Shown in pieces: positions 1-13,059 of a stretch of DNA of 64,000 nt. Both the position numbers and the translations under genes were made by a program. Each line of letters begins with the position of its first letter. Positions within the stretch are counted from its first letter, which is position 1. The notes under the pieces were generated by a model that saw only the letters and a program-made list of their open reading frames with translations, searched no databases and had not been told where the DNA came from. The stretch lies in NCBI RefSeq assembly GCF_004010195.1, contig NC_057718.1:80843561-80907560 (forward strand). Direction: 5' to 3'. The stretch is from Chiloscyllium plagiosum. Its lineage: Eukaryota.

Positions 1-167
1 TTGTACTCTATGCTACTTTCTCCCCACCACCACCCTCTTCTCACTTATCTCTCCACCCTTCAGGCTCTCTGCCTGTATTCCTGATGAAGGGCTTTTGCCT
101 GAAATGTCAATTTTACTGCTCCTCGGATGCTGCCTGAACTGCTGTGCTTTTCCAGCACCACTCTAAC
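1..167 (+). mobile_element. Penelope-like pseudo-LTR fragment with minimal hammerhead-like motif (81-108)
   Basis: CTGATGA-A-GGGC-TTTT-GCCT-GAAA-TG-TC at 81-108, then ctgctcctcggatgctgcctgaactgctgtgcttttccagcaccac, the same tail as the copies near 21520, 38900, 56500 and 60812. The left end is cut by the window edge. Confidence 0.6.
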
Positions 168-1384
168 CCATACCTTCCGCCTGCCCTACCCAACCATGAT
201 TTTATGAGAAACAGTGGAGATATTGAGTAGATCAGCTGCCCTTGGCCCAATTGAGGCCCTTAAGTGGGCAAATAATGCACAATTGTAGACCTCATCCTGC
301 TGTCACCCTGATTAAACAGATGGTAATAGAAGCCTTGCTAAACATGCAGCCTGACAAGTTTAACCCTGTATGTTTTTGGTCAGATGTGGCCTTGTGTCTC
401 TGTTGCGTGCCCAGTGCCAATCAGCAACCTTTCTCACAGTTCTCGCCAACTCCATTACCATGTTCATCACTCAGTCTCACATTGAGTGATATCAGTTTGG
501 CCCCAGTAAGATCCTGGACATGCCTGAATGTCCAGCCCATTGCTAAATGCCACCTGTTATCTGCTATACCAGCAGAGGCCACAGCTAATGATGGTGCAAA
601 TAACTAATAGGGTTGTTGGCCTCCTGAAGATTGATAGAATTCCTATCTCCTACCAAATAAAGAGCATTGTCCAAATAATTAGAATACAGTGAGCTAGAGA
701 AGCCACAACATGTTTGCTCCAAACTGTGGGCAGGTGTGGAGACCCTGTTCTCAGTACATAATCCAGTCCAGGAATTTTTCTCAGCAAACTCAGGGAAATA
801 AGATTTGTATAATGAAATCATACTCTTATGCATTCTGTGTTCTTGAAAGAGAACGAGGTTTTGGCAGGAAACTGGAGCTATTTCAGTGATACGAGTTGGA
901 TGTTCTTGTTCTCTGATCACAGTCACAACAGAAAGCTTCTATGTTTCACCACTGTATCTGCCTGGCAGTAAATTTTGTTATTGCCCATTTCCTTTGCATC
1001 TTCACATCAATTGCAAACAGTTGTATCTCTGCACTTATTACTTTGCTTCAACATTTTTTGATGTGAAATGGCAGGTGGTTAAATGTTATAGCTAGATTTC
1101 TGCTTTTTTTAAAAGTGGTATTTGCACAAGAAATGCAACACAGTGGCACCCTTCAAATTTCAGGTATTAGGTGTAGAAGCTTCATTTGCAAGTTAGTATA
1201 AAATAATTGAATGTCGAGAGAAGATGATTTGAACAAGTCAAAAAAGAGTATCAGAATAAAATGTCATACTCACACTGGGACTCAAGGAATAGATCTATCC
1301 TCAAGCCATAAAATCATTAATTTTAATCATATCAAAAAGAAAAAAACTCTCTAATTTTGACTCCCCTCCCTTGGGGAAAGGATC

Positions 1385-2150
1385 TTGTGAGATGTTGATT
1401 TCCCAGTCACAAAGCCATGCTGACTATCCCTAATCAGTCCTTGCCTTTCCAAATGCATGTAGATCCTCTCTCACAGAATCCCCTCCAACAACTTATGAAC
1501 CAATGACATCAGACACACTGGTCTGTAGTTTCCTGGCTTTTTCTTGTAACCTTTCTTAAATAATGTGACAACATTAGCCACTATTCAGTCTTCCAGCATC
1601 TCAACTGTTACTATCGATGATACAAATATATTTGATAGGGGCCCCACAATTTCTTCTCTAGCTTCTCTGTGTCCTGGGATATCCTCAATCAGACACAAGG
1701 AATTTACCAAAGTTTATGTGTTTTAAGACCTCCAGCACCACCTCTTCTGAAATGTGTACTCTTTTCAAGACATTACTAATTATTTGCCCAAACTGCCTAG
1801 CTTTCATGTCTTTCTCCACAGTAAAAGCTGAAACAGCACATCGTTTAGGATTTCACCCATCTCATGTGGTTCAACACATAGATGGCCTCATTGGTCTTTA
1901 AGGGGCCCTACTCTCTCCCTGGTTACAGTTTTACCCTTAATATCCTTGTAGAATCTCTTTGAATTCTCCTTAAACTAATGTGCAAAAACTATCTCATGTC
2001 CCCTTTTTGCCCTCCTGATTTTCCTCTTAGTTTATTTCTACAATCCCAATACTCCTAAAGGGATTCACTTGATCCCAGCTGTCCATACCTGACATATTTC
2101 TCCTTTTTCTTGATCAGAGCTTCAGTATCTCTAATCATCCAGTGTTCTTC
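1385..2150 (-). mobile_element. CR1 LINE internal ORF2 fragment (degenerate)
   Basis: Clear nucleotide similarity to 28890-29650 and 44630-45380, e.g. cacaaagccatgctgactatccctaatcagtccttgcctttccaaat and tctcatgtcccctttttgccctcctgattt. Confidence 0.85.
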
Positions 2151-2350
2151 TTGTAGTGTTTGTGAATACTTGACTGAATTAAATATTTACTATTCATTAA
2201 TACATCAGTAATATTCAGACTTTGCTGGATTGCTGGCATCCTGTTAATACTTCTCAGCACCTCTCACACACCATTAGGTATGGATGCCAGTTCTAGTACA
2301 CCTGCAAAAGTACAAAATATAAAATTTGTTCAGGGGAATGCATGCTACTC

Positions 2351-2814
2351 AAGATTTAAGCAAGGATGTTGCCAGGGTTGGAGGGTTTGAGCTATAGAGG
2401 GAGGCTGAATAGGGTGAGACTGATTTCCCTGGAATGTTGGAAGCTGAAGGGTGACCTTATAGAGGCTTATGAAATCAGGAGGGGCAAGGATAGGGTAAAT
2501 AGACAAGACATTTTTTTCCCTGGGTTGGGGAAGTCCAGCAGTAGAGAGTGAGAGAGGAAATATTTAAAAGGGACAGAAAGGGCAATTTTTTCACACAAAG
2601 GGTGGTGCATGTATGGAATGAGCTGCCAGAGGAAGTGGTGGATGCTGGAACAGTTACAACATTTAAAAGGCATCTGGATGGGTACATGAATGGGAAGAGT
2701 TTAGAGGGCTATGAGCCAAGTGCTAGCAAATGGATTGATTAATTTAGGATATCTGGTTGGCATGGATGAATTGGACCAAAGGGTCTGTTTCTGTGCTGTA
2801 CATCTCTGTGACTC
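2351..2814 (+). mobile_element. CR1 LINE 3' fragment (subfamily A)
   Basis: ORF pieces MLPGLEGLSY..RLNR and [20 protein letters not shown] match the CR1 ORF2 C-terminus; ends in the CR1 3' tail (ggaccaaagggtctgtttctgtgctgtacatctctgtgactc). Confidence 0.9.
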
Positions 2815-2817
2815 AAC

Positions 2818-3496
2818 AATAAAGAGACCTTTGAGTGCTGTTTATTGTTCCTTCAAGGTAGAATCACACTTGGATAGGATAGTGAAGAAGGCCTTTAGTA
2901 TGCTTGCTTTTCTTGGTCAGATCATTGAGTATAGGAGTTGGAAGGTCTCATGTTGTGGCTGTACAGGACATTGGTTAGACCGCCATTGGAATACTGTGTT
3001 CAGTTCTGGTCTCCCTGCTATAGGAAGGATGCTGTGGAACTTGAAAGGGTTCAGAGAAGACTTACAAGGATGTTGCCAGGATTGGAGGGTTTGAGCTATA
3101 GGGAGAGGCTGAATAGGCTGAGGCTATTTTCTTTGGAGCATCGGAAGCTGAGGGGTGACCTTATAGAGGTTTATAAAATCATGAGGGGCATGGATAGGAT
3201 AAATAGACAAGGTCTTTTCCATGGGGTAGGGGAGTCCAAAACTAGAGGGCATAGGTTTAAGATAAGAGGGAAAAGACTTAAAAGGAACCTATGAGGCAAT
3301 GTTTTCACACAGAGGGTGGAGGTGGGTACAATTATAACAATTAAAAGGCATCTGGATGGATATATGAATAAGAAGATTTTAGAGGGATATGGGCAAATAT
3401 TTACAAATGGGACGAGGCTTTTTGTGATATCTGGTCAGCATGGACAAGTTGAACTGAAGGGTCTGTTTCAGAGCTGTATATCTCTATGACTCTATA
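2818..3496 (+). mobile_element. CR1 LINE 3' fragment (subfamily A)
   Basis: LYRTLVRPPLEYCVQFWSPCYRKDAVELERVQRR...RGDLIEVYKIM; ends ctctatgactcta. Confidence 0.92.
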
Positions 3497-4996
3497 AGTC
3501 TCAAGCTGTTTAGTTTATATGTTCATATACAAAATATAATCAGAACAGAGATGGTGATCATATGTTCCACATGGTGTTATGTTTTACAGACACTAGATTG
3601 GATGGATGGATTAGTTTGCTACCTGCCTTTCCACATCTATTGGTTGATCAGTATTTTAAGCCAAAGCTAACATAGATTCATCCACTGAAACCTTCTCCCT
3701 TCATTTGTACTTTTCCTGTGTGCCCATTTATAGTGACTTCAATTAACCTTTCGCAACACATTATGACACTCATTGAGGGCATATGGGACTTGAACCCAGA
3801 GCTTCAAGAACAGAGAGAGGGACACTGCCACTGTGCCACAAGATCTTTGTGTGCCATTTGTATACTTTATAGGGGACTGGTGGGTGTCCCACGCCAATCA
3901 TTTAATTGGCTTCATCTTTCTATTCGATTATCTAATTACTGTGGTATAGGTTTCAAAGACAAATTCCTCCTGTCAAAGGTTTCAATGCCTTAAGGTCATC
4001 TTTGTTTTTCTATTGCAAAGACATCTTGTTAACTTTGTTTAGCCATCTTATCAAGCTTAGCATTGATTGCACAAAGGCACCCTCTATGTTGTGTCCTTGG
4101 ACAGATAATAGGTTTCCTGATGAAAACATAAATCCATTTTGATTGTTCTTCTGTGACTGTTTCAATTTTGGAAGGCTGGTGAATAATTTTTATAATTTGA
4201 CGGAAAGTGAAATACTTATTTTAATAATATAATTTTGATCAGTTTCTAAGGCCATAAGACCACCACCTCGCACAAACTTGAAATAGCTATTTATAACATT
4301 TGAAGATATTATTTTAGAACCTGTACGTTCTCCCATGCTGAATTTCACCAGCTCTTTGCTGATAAGTTGGGAAGCAGCAAGACTGGTAAAATGATGCAGG
4401 AAAGTTTTTGGTGGACTATGACATCTCCCACTTTGATGTCTGGGGTCTGGATGCGCAGTTACCTAATATGGGCAGTCGACAATTTGTAAGTAATTTTCTG
4501 ATAGTTTATTAAGTTTGTTAAAAAGCAGTAATTTAAACATAATACATTAGTTAATTAAGTAAAGAAAGTATACAACTGTGACTCTCCTGGTCCATCTTCC
4601 ATCCGCCTAATGAGGACAGATCAGGGAAGTATTTCTGTGGGAACCACTTAATGAGAACTGCTGCCTACAAGGCCTGCTTAATTAGAACTGTCCTCTGAAA
4701 AGAACTCCTCTTTTTCTCTTAGCACCTAATGTCGTATCATATGTATGGGGGCAGGTAACTTATGCTGTGTAATCAGATGTCTGAAACTTTTTGGCCACTG
4801 GCAATGGGACCGCCATTAATGACATTGGACAACCATTGTACTCTTGCCCACTTTCATCTGAAGGCTAGCTTGCCATTCTTTCTAAGAACAGGTACTTCTT
4901 ATTTTCAAAAACAAGAGATTGTTAGTAGGGTGTGTTTGGTGTCAGATAAATTGCTGATGCATCAGACATTGCGATATGTGTGTTTTTTGTAACTGG

Positions 4997-6020
4997 AGTC
5001 ATAGATTCATAGAGATGTACAGTACAGAAACAGACCCTTTCAACCAACTCATCCATGCCAACCAGATATCCTAAATTAATATAATCCTAATTGCTAGTAT
5101 TTGGCCCAAATTCCTCTAAACCCTTTCTATTCATGGTACCAGCCTCTATCACTTTCTTTGGCAGTTCATGCTATACACGAAATACCCTTGCCTGAAAAGG
5201 TTGCCCTTTAGGCCCTTTTAAATATTTCCCCTCTCACCTTAAACCTATGCCCTCCAGTTTTGGACTGTCTTACCCATGGAAAAAGACCTTGCCTAGTCAC
5301 CCTATCCATGTCCCTCATGATTTTATAAACCTTTATCAGGTCACCCCTCAGCCTCTGACACTCCAGGGAAAATAGCCCCAGTCTATTCAGCCCTTCCCAA
5401 AAGCCCAAACCCTCCAACCCTGACAACATCTTTATAAATATTTTCTGAACCCCTTCAAGTTTCACAATATCTTTCCCATAGGAAGGAAGAGACAAGCATT
5501 GAATGTCATGTACAGCCGCAACGTGACCTCCCAATTCCTATACTCAATGCACAGACCAATAAAGGCAAGGGTACCAAATGCCTTCTTCACTATCCTGTCT
5601 ACCTGTGATTCGACTTTCAAGGAATTATGAACCTGCACTCCAGGGTCTCCTTTTGGCAACACTCCCCAAGATCTTATCATTAAGTGCACGAGGCCTGCCC
5701 TGATTTGCCTGACCAAAATGTAGCACCTCACATTTATCTAGATTAAACTCAATCTGCCACTCTTTGGCCCATTGGCCCATCTGACCAAGATCCCATTGTA
5801 TTCTGAGATAACCTTTTTCACTGTCCACTACACGACCAATTTTGATGTCATCTGCAAACATACTAATAATACCTCCTATATTCACATCCAAATCATTTAT
5901 ATAAATGACAAAGAAACAGCAGACCCAGCACCTATCCTTGTGGCACACCGCTGGTTAGAGGCCTCCAGTCTAAAACCCAATCCTCCATCACAGCCCTCTT
6001 TCTTGTACCTTAGAGTCAAT
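4997..6020 (-). mobile_element. CR1 LINE 3' fragment (subfamily A)
   Basis: Starts with the reversed tail gagtcatagattcatagagatgtacag; minus-strand ORFs carry YINDL..FADD..KI and WQIEFNLDKCEVLHFG. Confidence 0.92.
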
Positions 6021-6599
6021 TTCTTCCATTTGTTTCCGTAAGCTGGAATTTTGGAAATTTAATAACTGTTTCAATAGTTGTTAAATGAAATCTAGAGGTG
6101 CACAGTGAATATTGGGTTTTATGGGACCCCAGTATTTAACACCAACACATGCCATTTTGCCAGTGATATGTAGCTACATTTCAACCAGACACTGGGAACC
6201 CACCTGAGCCACTTTGTCAATTGGAAGGCCTGGCATCAGATGAGAAGAAGTCCAATGAAATCTGGTGATCTTCCAGCAGGCCAAGGGTTGGCCTCCTTTT
6301 TCAGCACTTTGTGGCCCATATTTAATGACATGTGAAAAGGGATAAAAGTTTTTGATATACTAATACCCAAAATTAGTAAAATCTACAGTCGATATGAAAT
6401 TAATTCACATGTTCAGAAATACAGCTAGAAGACCCAGTCATGCTATCCCTTGCCAAGATATCTGTAATCCCATTCTTAGTATAGATAAATGTTCAAAGTC
6501 AAATGTGTCTTCACAGCCATCTATGTAACTATATCACTGTTCCTACCACAGTCAGTTCTGAATCTGAGTGACAACAAGAAAAAGCTTGCATCAAATATA

Positions 6600-6880
6600 T
6601 GGGACGTGATGACCAAGTCGTATTATCACGAGACTATTAATCCAGAAACTCAGCTAATGTTCTGTGAAACCCACCACAGCAGATGGTCGAATAGAAATTT
6701 GTGTAATTAAGAATCTACAAATGACCATGAATCATTGTCAATTGCCAGAAAAACTGGCTCACTGATGTCTTTCAGAGAAGGAAATCGACCATATTTACCT
6801 GATGTAGCCTACATCTGACTCCAGACCCACAACGTGGTTGACTCTTAACTGCCCTCTGAAATGACATAGAAAGCCACACA
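6600..6880 (+). mobile_element. Old SINE-like interspersed repeat
   Basis: Shares gactccagacccaca..gttgactcttaactgccctctgaaatg and attaatccagaaactcagctaatg with an inverted copy at about 15320-15478. Family not identified. Confidence 0.55.
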
Positions 6881-6944
6881 CATTTGTAACAATCACCAAG
6901 AAGTCTCAATGAGCAAATAAAGCTGGACAGACCATCTCTGAATT

Positions 6945-7115
6945 TCCCTGATCAACATCCTGGAGATTACCATTAACCAGGAATTCAACTGGACTCACCA
7001 TATAAATACAGTGGCTAGAGAAGCAGGTCAGAAGTCAGGAATACTGTGGCAAGTAACCCATTCCTACACCATCTACAAGGCACGAGTCAGGATTGGGCTG
7101 GATTACTCCCCATTT
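6945..7115 (+). mobile_element. Degenerate L2/CR1-group LINE ORF2 fragment
   Basis: Translates (with indels) as ILEITINQEFNWTHHINTVAREAGQKSGILWQVTH..TIYKARVR, resembling the post-RT region of L2/Crack-type LINEs. Confidence 0.5.
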
Positions 7116-9014
7116 TGACAAAACAGTGTAGCAGGACAGAAATGGTAGCATGAGAGCAAGATGTAATAAGAACTGGAATGCCATACTTATTCCAGTGTAC
7201 AGAGAGGAAGTTTCTGCAACATGGTTACCCATTTTGTGTTTGATGTCACCAATGGAGAGGAGATTGTACTGTGAGCAGCAAATAGTAGACTTGATTGAAA
7301 GAAATACAGGTAAATTACTGCAAAACCCAAATGATACATGACAGTGAGAAGGGAGGAGATAAAGGGCAATTGTTACATGCTCTGTGATTGCATGGGAAGG
7401 CACAATGATGTGATTTGTTGAATTTTTGAGATGACAAGATATATTTTAAAACTGAACTGTTTCAAGTGAGTTTGTCACCGGCAATTTTTTTAAAAATTGC
7501 CTTCATTTTTCTCTAGTGCGAGAAAAGAAACCTAAAATTTCTGACTATATCTTTTGGACTTTATATGTTCCCCCTTTGTTGGTTTCATTTTAATGGATCT
7601 TGTCACACAATGCATTCCACAAGATTGACAAATAGGAATGTGATGTAATCCACGGCATTTTGCCAGTGCAAATATCAAAGCATCAACAGCAGGAGCCTGA
7701 GAACTGTGTTCAAATCACAAACAAAAGGAGTTTGTCAATGAGAGCCACTATTTTCTGAAAAAAGGCCTCATTTTCTGGAGTGCCCTAAGATTACACAACT
7801 CACTAAATCCCAACTCGACAAGTTTGACATTCCATAACTTCAAAACTACTAAATAGATTAATTACTCATCTTCTTAACCTGCAGAACATATCAAAAGCAT
7901 GACACTTGTATGGATTCTGGGTTTTTAGCCCAACATTCAGAGTAATCTGTTACATGTTATTTAAATCATGACTGATCTACATATAATTAGATTGTAAATT
8001 GTTTTGTATTTTCTGCGGAAAAAGATATCTGGGGATTGTTAAAGATAAATTCACCAACCATGTAATCCCAGCAGGGAGCTTAAAGGAAATTTGGGTTATA
8101 AAATTAAGGTTACAATGTTGTAACTGCATCCACTGCCCAAGTATCCTCATAGAATCGGGTTTGGTAAGTTAACTTATAAATTTGTGCCTTATACTTTCAA
8201 AGTTTTCTCCCTAGTTCTGAAGATGCTGACTTTTACTGAAACTTAGCTTTAAAGAAGCACTGGCAGCCCTCCAGTGTCTTGCCGCAGTGTTTATTCATCA
8301 TATATGATCGTACACAATAAAGGGTCAGCAGGCTATTTAACTTCAAAGAACACTAGAACCAAGCCTAATCCTGTTCACACACTTTTTTGTTTCCAGAATT
8401 TCCAAATTGATGGAAGATTCTTTTTTTCAATGGGAATTGTGTATAGTGACAAAAATACATTGAAATGGTTTTGTACAGCTTTGTTTTTCTGGTGTTTTCA
8501 CTACTGTATACCATCTTTCAGAATGTTTATTGGCGTTCCAACAATTTAATATTATAAAGGATCATTTCTCACAGAATTAAATATTGGATGCAAATATTTT
8601 TAATGAGAGGAGCCAATGTGCTACTATTAGCAAAACAAATCTTGATGGAATACCCTCAAACAAATGTAGTTAGCATAAGTGTGTTTCTGGGCCTGAAATA
8701 AGCAATATTATTTGTGCATCAACAAAGCAATGGTTGTTTGAAAGAGGTCTCAAATTCATTATGTTCTTGTGGAAATGGGACATTTATGAGTAACGCAAAT
8801 CCCCTGTGTACTGGGGGTATGACATTGTGCATTGAAAATGAAACATTTGTGTACTGAAAAGAGAACTCTACAATGCACGTAAAATAGGTATAGTTTCTAA
8901 TCTTACTGAATTAAATGGTAGTATTGGTGGAAAATATCATACTAAAACTGAAGATATTGAGACAGGCTATGGTGTCTGAGTAAGAATGTTAATGAGGGTA
9001 CTCAGATGTAAAAG

Positions 9015-9092
9015 TCAAGAGTGTGGTGCTGGAAAAGCACAGCACCACACTCTCGACTCTGATCTCCAGCATCTGCAGTCCTTACTTTCTCC
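9015..9092. mobile_element. Short Penelope-like fold-back insert with TSD
   Basis: Inverted arms 9013-9031 and 9040-9058 (18/19 match); family tail ctctgatctccagcatctgcagtccttactttctcc; flanking direct repeats tactcagatgtaaaag (8999-9014) and tactaaaatgtaaaag (9093-9108). Confidence 0.6.
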
Positions 9093-10385
9093 TACTAAAA
9101 TGTAAAAGCTGATTTTATCAGTAATTTTAATTATGCTGTTGTGGAATATATATTTTATATTTCCCTATCATGATTCAAATAGGTTTTAACATTAAAACAT
9201 TCATTTACTGAGGAAAAAATGGTGACCAGAGAAGCTTTGAGCCTTTTGTGTGAATTGTTTGGTTGAAATTGTGTCTGAAGTTATTTTCATATATTATTCA
9301 TTATTCATTCATGATGTTTCATGTAGGCATGGTGATTTATTTTAAAACAATTTTTGAGATCTGACTTTAGAATATAGCCATTATACGCACAAATAGCTAT
9401 CATTCATTTTAAGGTGTATTGCAGTTACCGAGTATGGTGCAGACCTCTTTATTGGGTTTTACCTTGGCTGGACTTGGTCATCATCCATGCATTATTCCAG
9501 CATGGATGATTTTTCTCCTGATTAACCAAATAATACTGAAGCTGGATAAAAGGAGTTCAGATACAAATCAGCCATGATCCAAATGAATGATGGAATTGAT
9601 TGAATCTTCTACCCCTGTTATTTTGTTCCTCCTTTTTTAAACCCATTGTAGGCTAAGATAATTCAGCATTGACTCAGGAAATCCAAGCTTACTTAAAAAC
9701 ATTGGCACGTGGAGCACAGTGAATAAGCTTCACAGTGAATGCTATATTTATATTGCACTCAAACTTAATTTGCAGTGCAGTCAGTTCAGCCCCTAATCCA
9801 ATAGTATAACATACTTCTAAATAGTTACTTGCAAAAACTCCCAAAGCACTCATTGTGGTTTAAATATAGATATAATTAAAGTCTTACTGCAATATCAATT
9901 TTCTGTGATCTGTTCCTTTGAACAAAAGCCAACTGGGCTTTATTCTACAGATTGCAAGTCATATAGCATGAAATATGCACCATTTTTAAGTGCAGGTTAT
10001 AGCAAAAATCTTTTAACATTACGAATATTATTTGTAAAAGATGTGACATCAGTTTAGACAAAATTAATAGGTTGTAGTGATGTCTGTTTAATTAATTAAT
10101 AGGTTAATGTAGTTTTAATTGGTTACTAGAATGGCCTAATAGAAGGGTTCTAACATTCACTTAAAACAAGTGTAAGACAATGTTATTAACTGCAGAGCAG
10201 AAATGCTATATTTGGTACTTTTTTCCATTTCTCATATATCACAAAGATATTTCACTATTGCCTTTGAAGTGGTTTTGCAACATTTCAGTTAATGATTTTG
10301 ACATGGGTCTTTTAAGGTAAGAAAGTACAATTAAAGTAATCTTATCAAAACATACCACATAAACTATAAGAATAACTGGGTGGAT

Positions 10386-12811
10386 ATGGTAGGGGATTTT
10401 AACTTTCCAACTATACACTGGGACTGTCATAGTATTAAGGGTTTAGATGGAGGGGAATTTGTTAAGTGTGTACAAGAAAATGATTCAGTCTGTGAATATA
10501 CCTAGTACAGAAGGAGCAAAACCTGACCTACACTTGGGAAATAAGGTAGGGCAGGTGACTGAGGTGTCAGTGGGGGAGCACTTTGGGGCCAGGAACCATA
10601 ATTCTATTAGTTTTAAAGTAGTGATGGAAAAGAATAGACCGGATCTAAAAGTTGAAGTTCTAAATTGGAAGAAGGCCAATTTTGACAGTATTAGGCAAGA
10701 GGTTCCAAAAGCTGATTGGGGGCAGATGTTTGCAGGTAAAAGGATGGCTGGAAAAGGGGAAGCCTTCAAAAATGAGATAACGAGTGTCAAGTGACAGTAT
10801 ATTCCTATTAGGGTGAAATTAAAGGCTGGTAGGTGTAGGGAATGCTGGATGATTAGAGAAATTGAGGTTTTGATTAAGAAAAAGGAAGCATATGTCCAGT
10901 TTAGACAGCAGAGGTCGAATGAATCCTTAAAAGAGTATAAAGGCAGTAGGAGTATACTTAAGAGGGAAATCAGGAGGGCAAAAAGGGGGCGAGATACTTT
11001 GGCAAATAGGGTTAAGGAGAATCTAAAGTGATTTTATAAATACATTAAGAACAAGAGGGTAACTAGTGATAGAATAGGGCCCCACAAAGATCAGCATAGG
11101 CTGCCTATGTGTGGAACCACAGGAGATAGGGGAAATACTAAATGAGTATTGTGCATCAGTGTTTACTGTGGAGAAGGACATGGAAGATATAGAATGTGGG
11201 AAACAGATGGTGATATCTTGAAAATTGTCCATATTACAGTGGAGGAGGTGCTGGATGTCTTGAAACGCATAAAAATAAATCCGCAGGACCTGATAAGGTG
11301 TACCCTAGAACTCTGTGGGAAGCGAGGGAAGTGATTGCTGGGCCCTTTACTCCGATCTTTGAATCATCAAAAGTCAGCTGTGAGGTGCCAAAAGACTGGA
11401 GGTTGACTAACATGGTGCTGCTATGTAGGAAGGGTGGTAAGGAAAAGCCAGGGAACTATAGACCGGTGAACCTAACATTGGTGATGGGCAAATTGTTGGA
11501 GGGAATCCTGAGGGACAGGATTTACATGTTTATGGAAAGGCAAGGACTGATTAGCAATAATCAGCATGGCTTTGTGCATGGGAAATCATGTCTCACAAAC
11601 TTGATTGAGTTTTTTGAAAAAGTAACAGAGGATTGATGAGGGCAGAGCGGTGGACGTAATCTGTATGGACTTCAATAAAGCATTCGACAAGGTTCCCCAT
11701 GAGACACTGGTTAGCAAGGTTAGATCTCATGGTTTACAGGGAGAACTCGCCATTTGGATACAGAATTGGCTCAAAGATAGAAGACAGAGGGTGGTGATGG
11801 AGTGTTGCTTTTCAGACTGGAAGCCTGTGACCAGTGGTGTGCCTCAAGGATAGGTGGTGGGTCCACTACTTTTTACCATTTATATAAATGATTTGGATGT
11901 GAACATGGAAAGAATAGTTAGTGAGTTTGCAGATGGCACCAAAATTGGAGGCATAGTGGACAACGAAGAAGGATACCTTCAGATGGGCCAATGGGCTGAG
12001 AAGTGGCAGATGAAGTTTAATGTAGATAATTGCGAGGTGTTGCATTTTGGAAAAGCAAATAAGAGCAGGACTTATACACTTAAATGGTAAGACCCTAGGG
12101 AGTGTTGCTGAACAAAGAGACCTTGGTATGCAGGTTCATAGTTCCTTGAGAGTGGAGGTACAGTTAGATAGGATGGTGAATAAGGTATTTGGTATGCTTT
12201 CCTTTATTGGTCAGAGCATTGAGCATAGGAGTTGTGAGGTCATGTTGAGGCTGTACAGGACATTGGTTAGGCCACTTTTGGAATATTGCATGCAATTCTG
12301 GTTTTCTTCTTATAGGAAGGATGTTGTGAAACTTGAAAGGGTTCAGAAAAGATTTGCAAGAATGTTGCCAGGATTGGAGGATTTGAGCTATAGGGAGAGG
12401 CTGAATAGGCTGGGGCTGTTTTCATTGGAGCGTCGAAGGTTGAGGGTGACCTCATAGAGGTTTATAAAATCATGAGGAGCATAGATAGGATAAATAGACA
12501 AAGTCTTTTCCCTGGGGTGGGGGAGTCCAGACTAGAGGGCATAGGTTTAGGGTGAGAGAGGAAAGATTTAAAAGGGGCAAATTTATAACTTTTTTCATGC
12601 AGAGGGTGCTGCGTGTATGGAATGAGCTGCCAGAGGCAGTGGTGGAGGCTGGTACAATTACAACATTTAAAAGGAGTAGGAAGGGTTTAAAGGCTTATGG
12701 GCCAAGTGGTTGCAAATGGGATTAGGTTAGGTTAGGATATCTGATTGGCATGGATGAGTTGGACCAAAGGGTCTGCTTCCATGGTGTACATCTCTATGAT
12801 TCTATGTTCTA
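10386..12811 (+). mobile_element. CR1 LINE, 5'-truncated ORF2 (end of endonuclease + RT) and 3' tail, frameshifted
   Basis: Consecutive ORF pieces: EHFGARNHNSISF, PGNYRPVNLT, QHGFVHGKSCLTNL, DFNKAFDKVPH, SGVPQG, LLEYCMQFW; tail ctctatgattctatgttctat. Confidence 0.95.
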
Positions 12812-13059
12812 TAAGTGGTATCTTTTTTTAAAAATCAACCTCAGTCTATTAAAATTTATAGGTAAACGAAGAATGTTTTTTATTGTCAACTGGAGATTAT
12901 ATTTAATAATATCTTAAGTGGTTTCCTAATGAGTTCCCCTATGTATGCATGGGTTTAGATGAGGAAGGTTGTTGGCTTCATCATCTCCCTGAACTGAATT
13001 AGATGACTTTGGCTGGTCAGCAGTTGGGAGGTTGCAAATGATATCAATTGCCTACCTTA

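Noticed and set aside
242..1095. ORFs of 121, 113 and 69 aa at the window start
   Set aside because: No recognisable domain, no supporting splice pattern, low-information composition; 230-290 looks like an old repeat end but I could not assign it.
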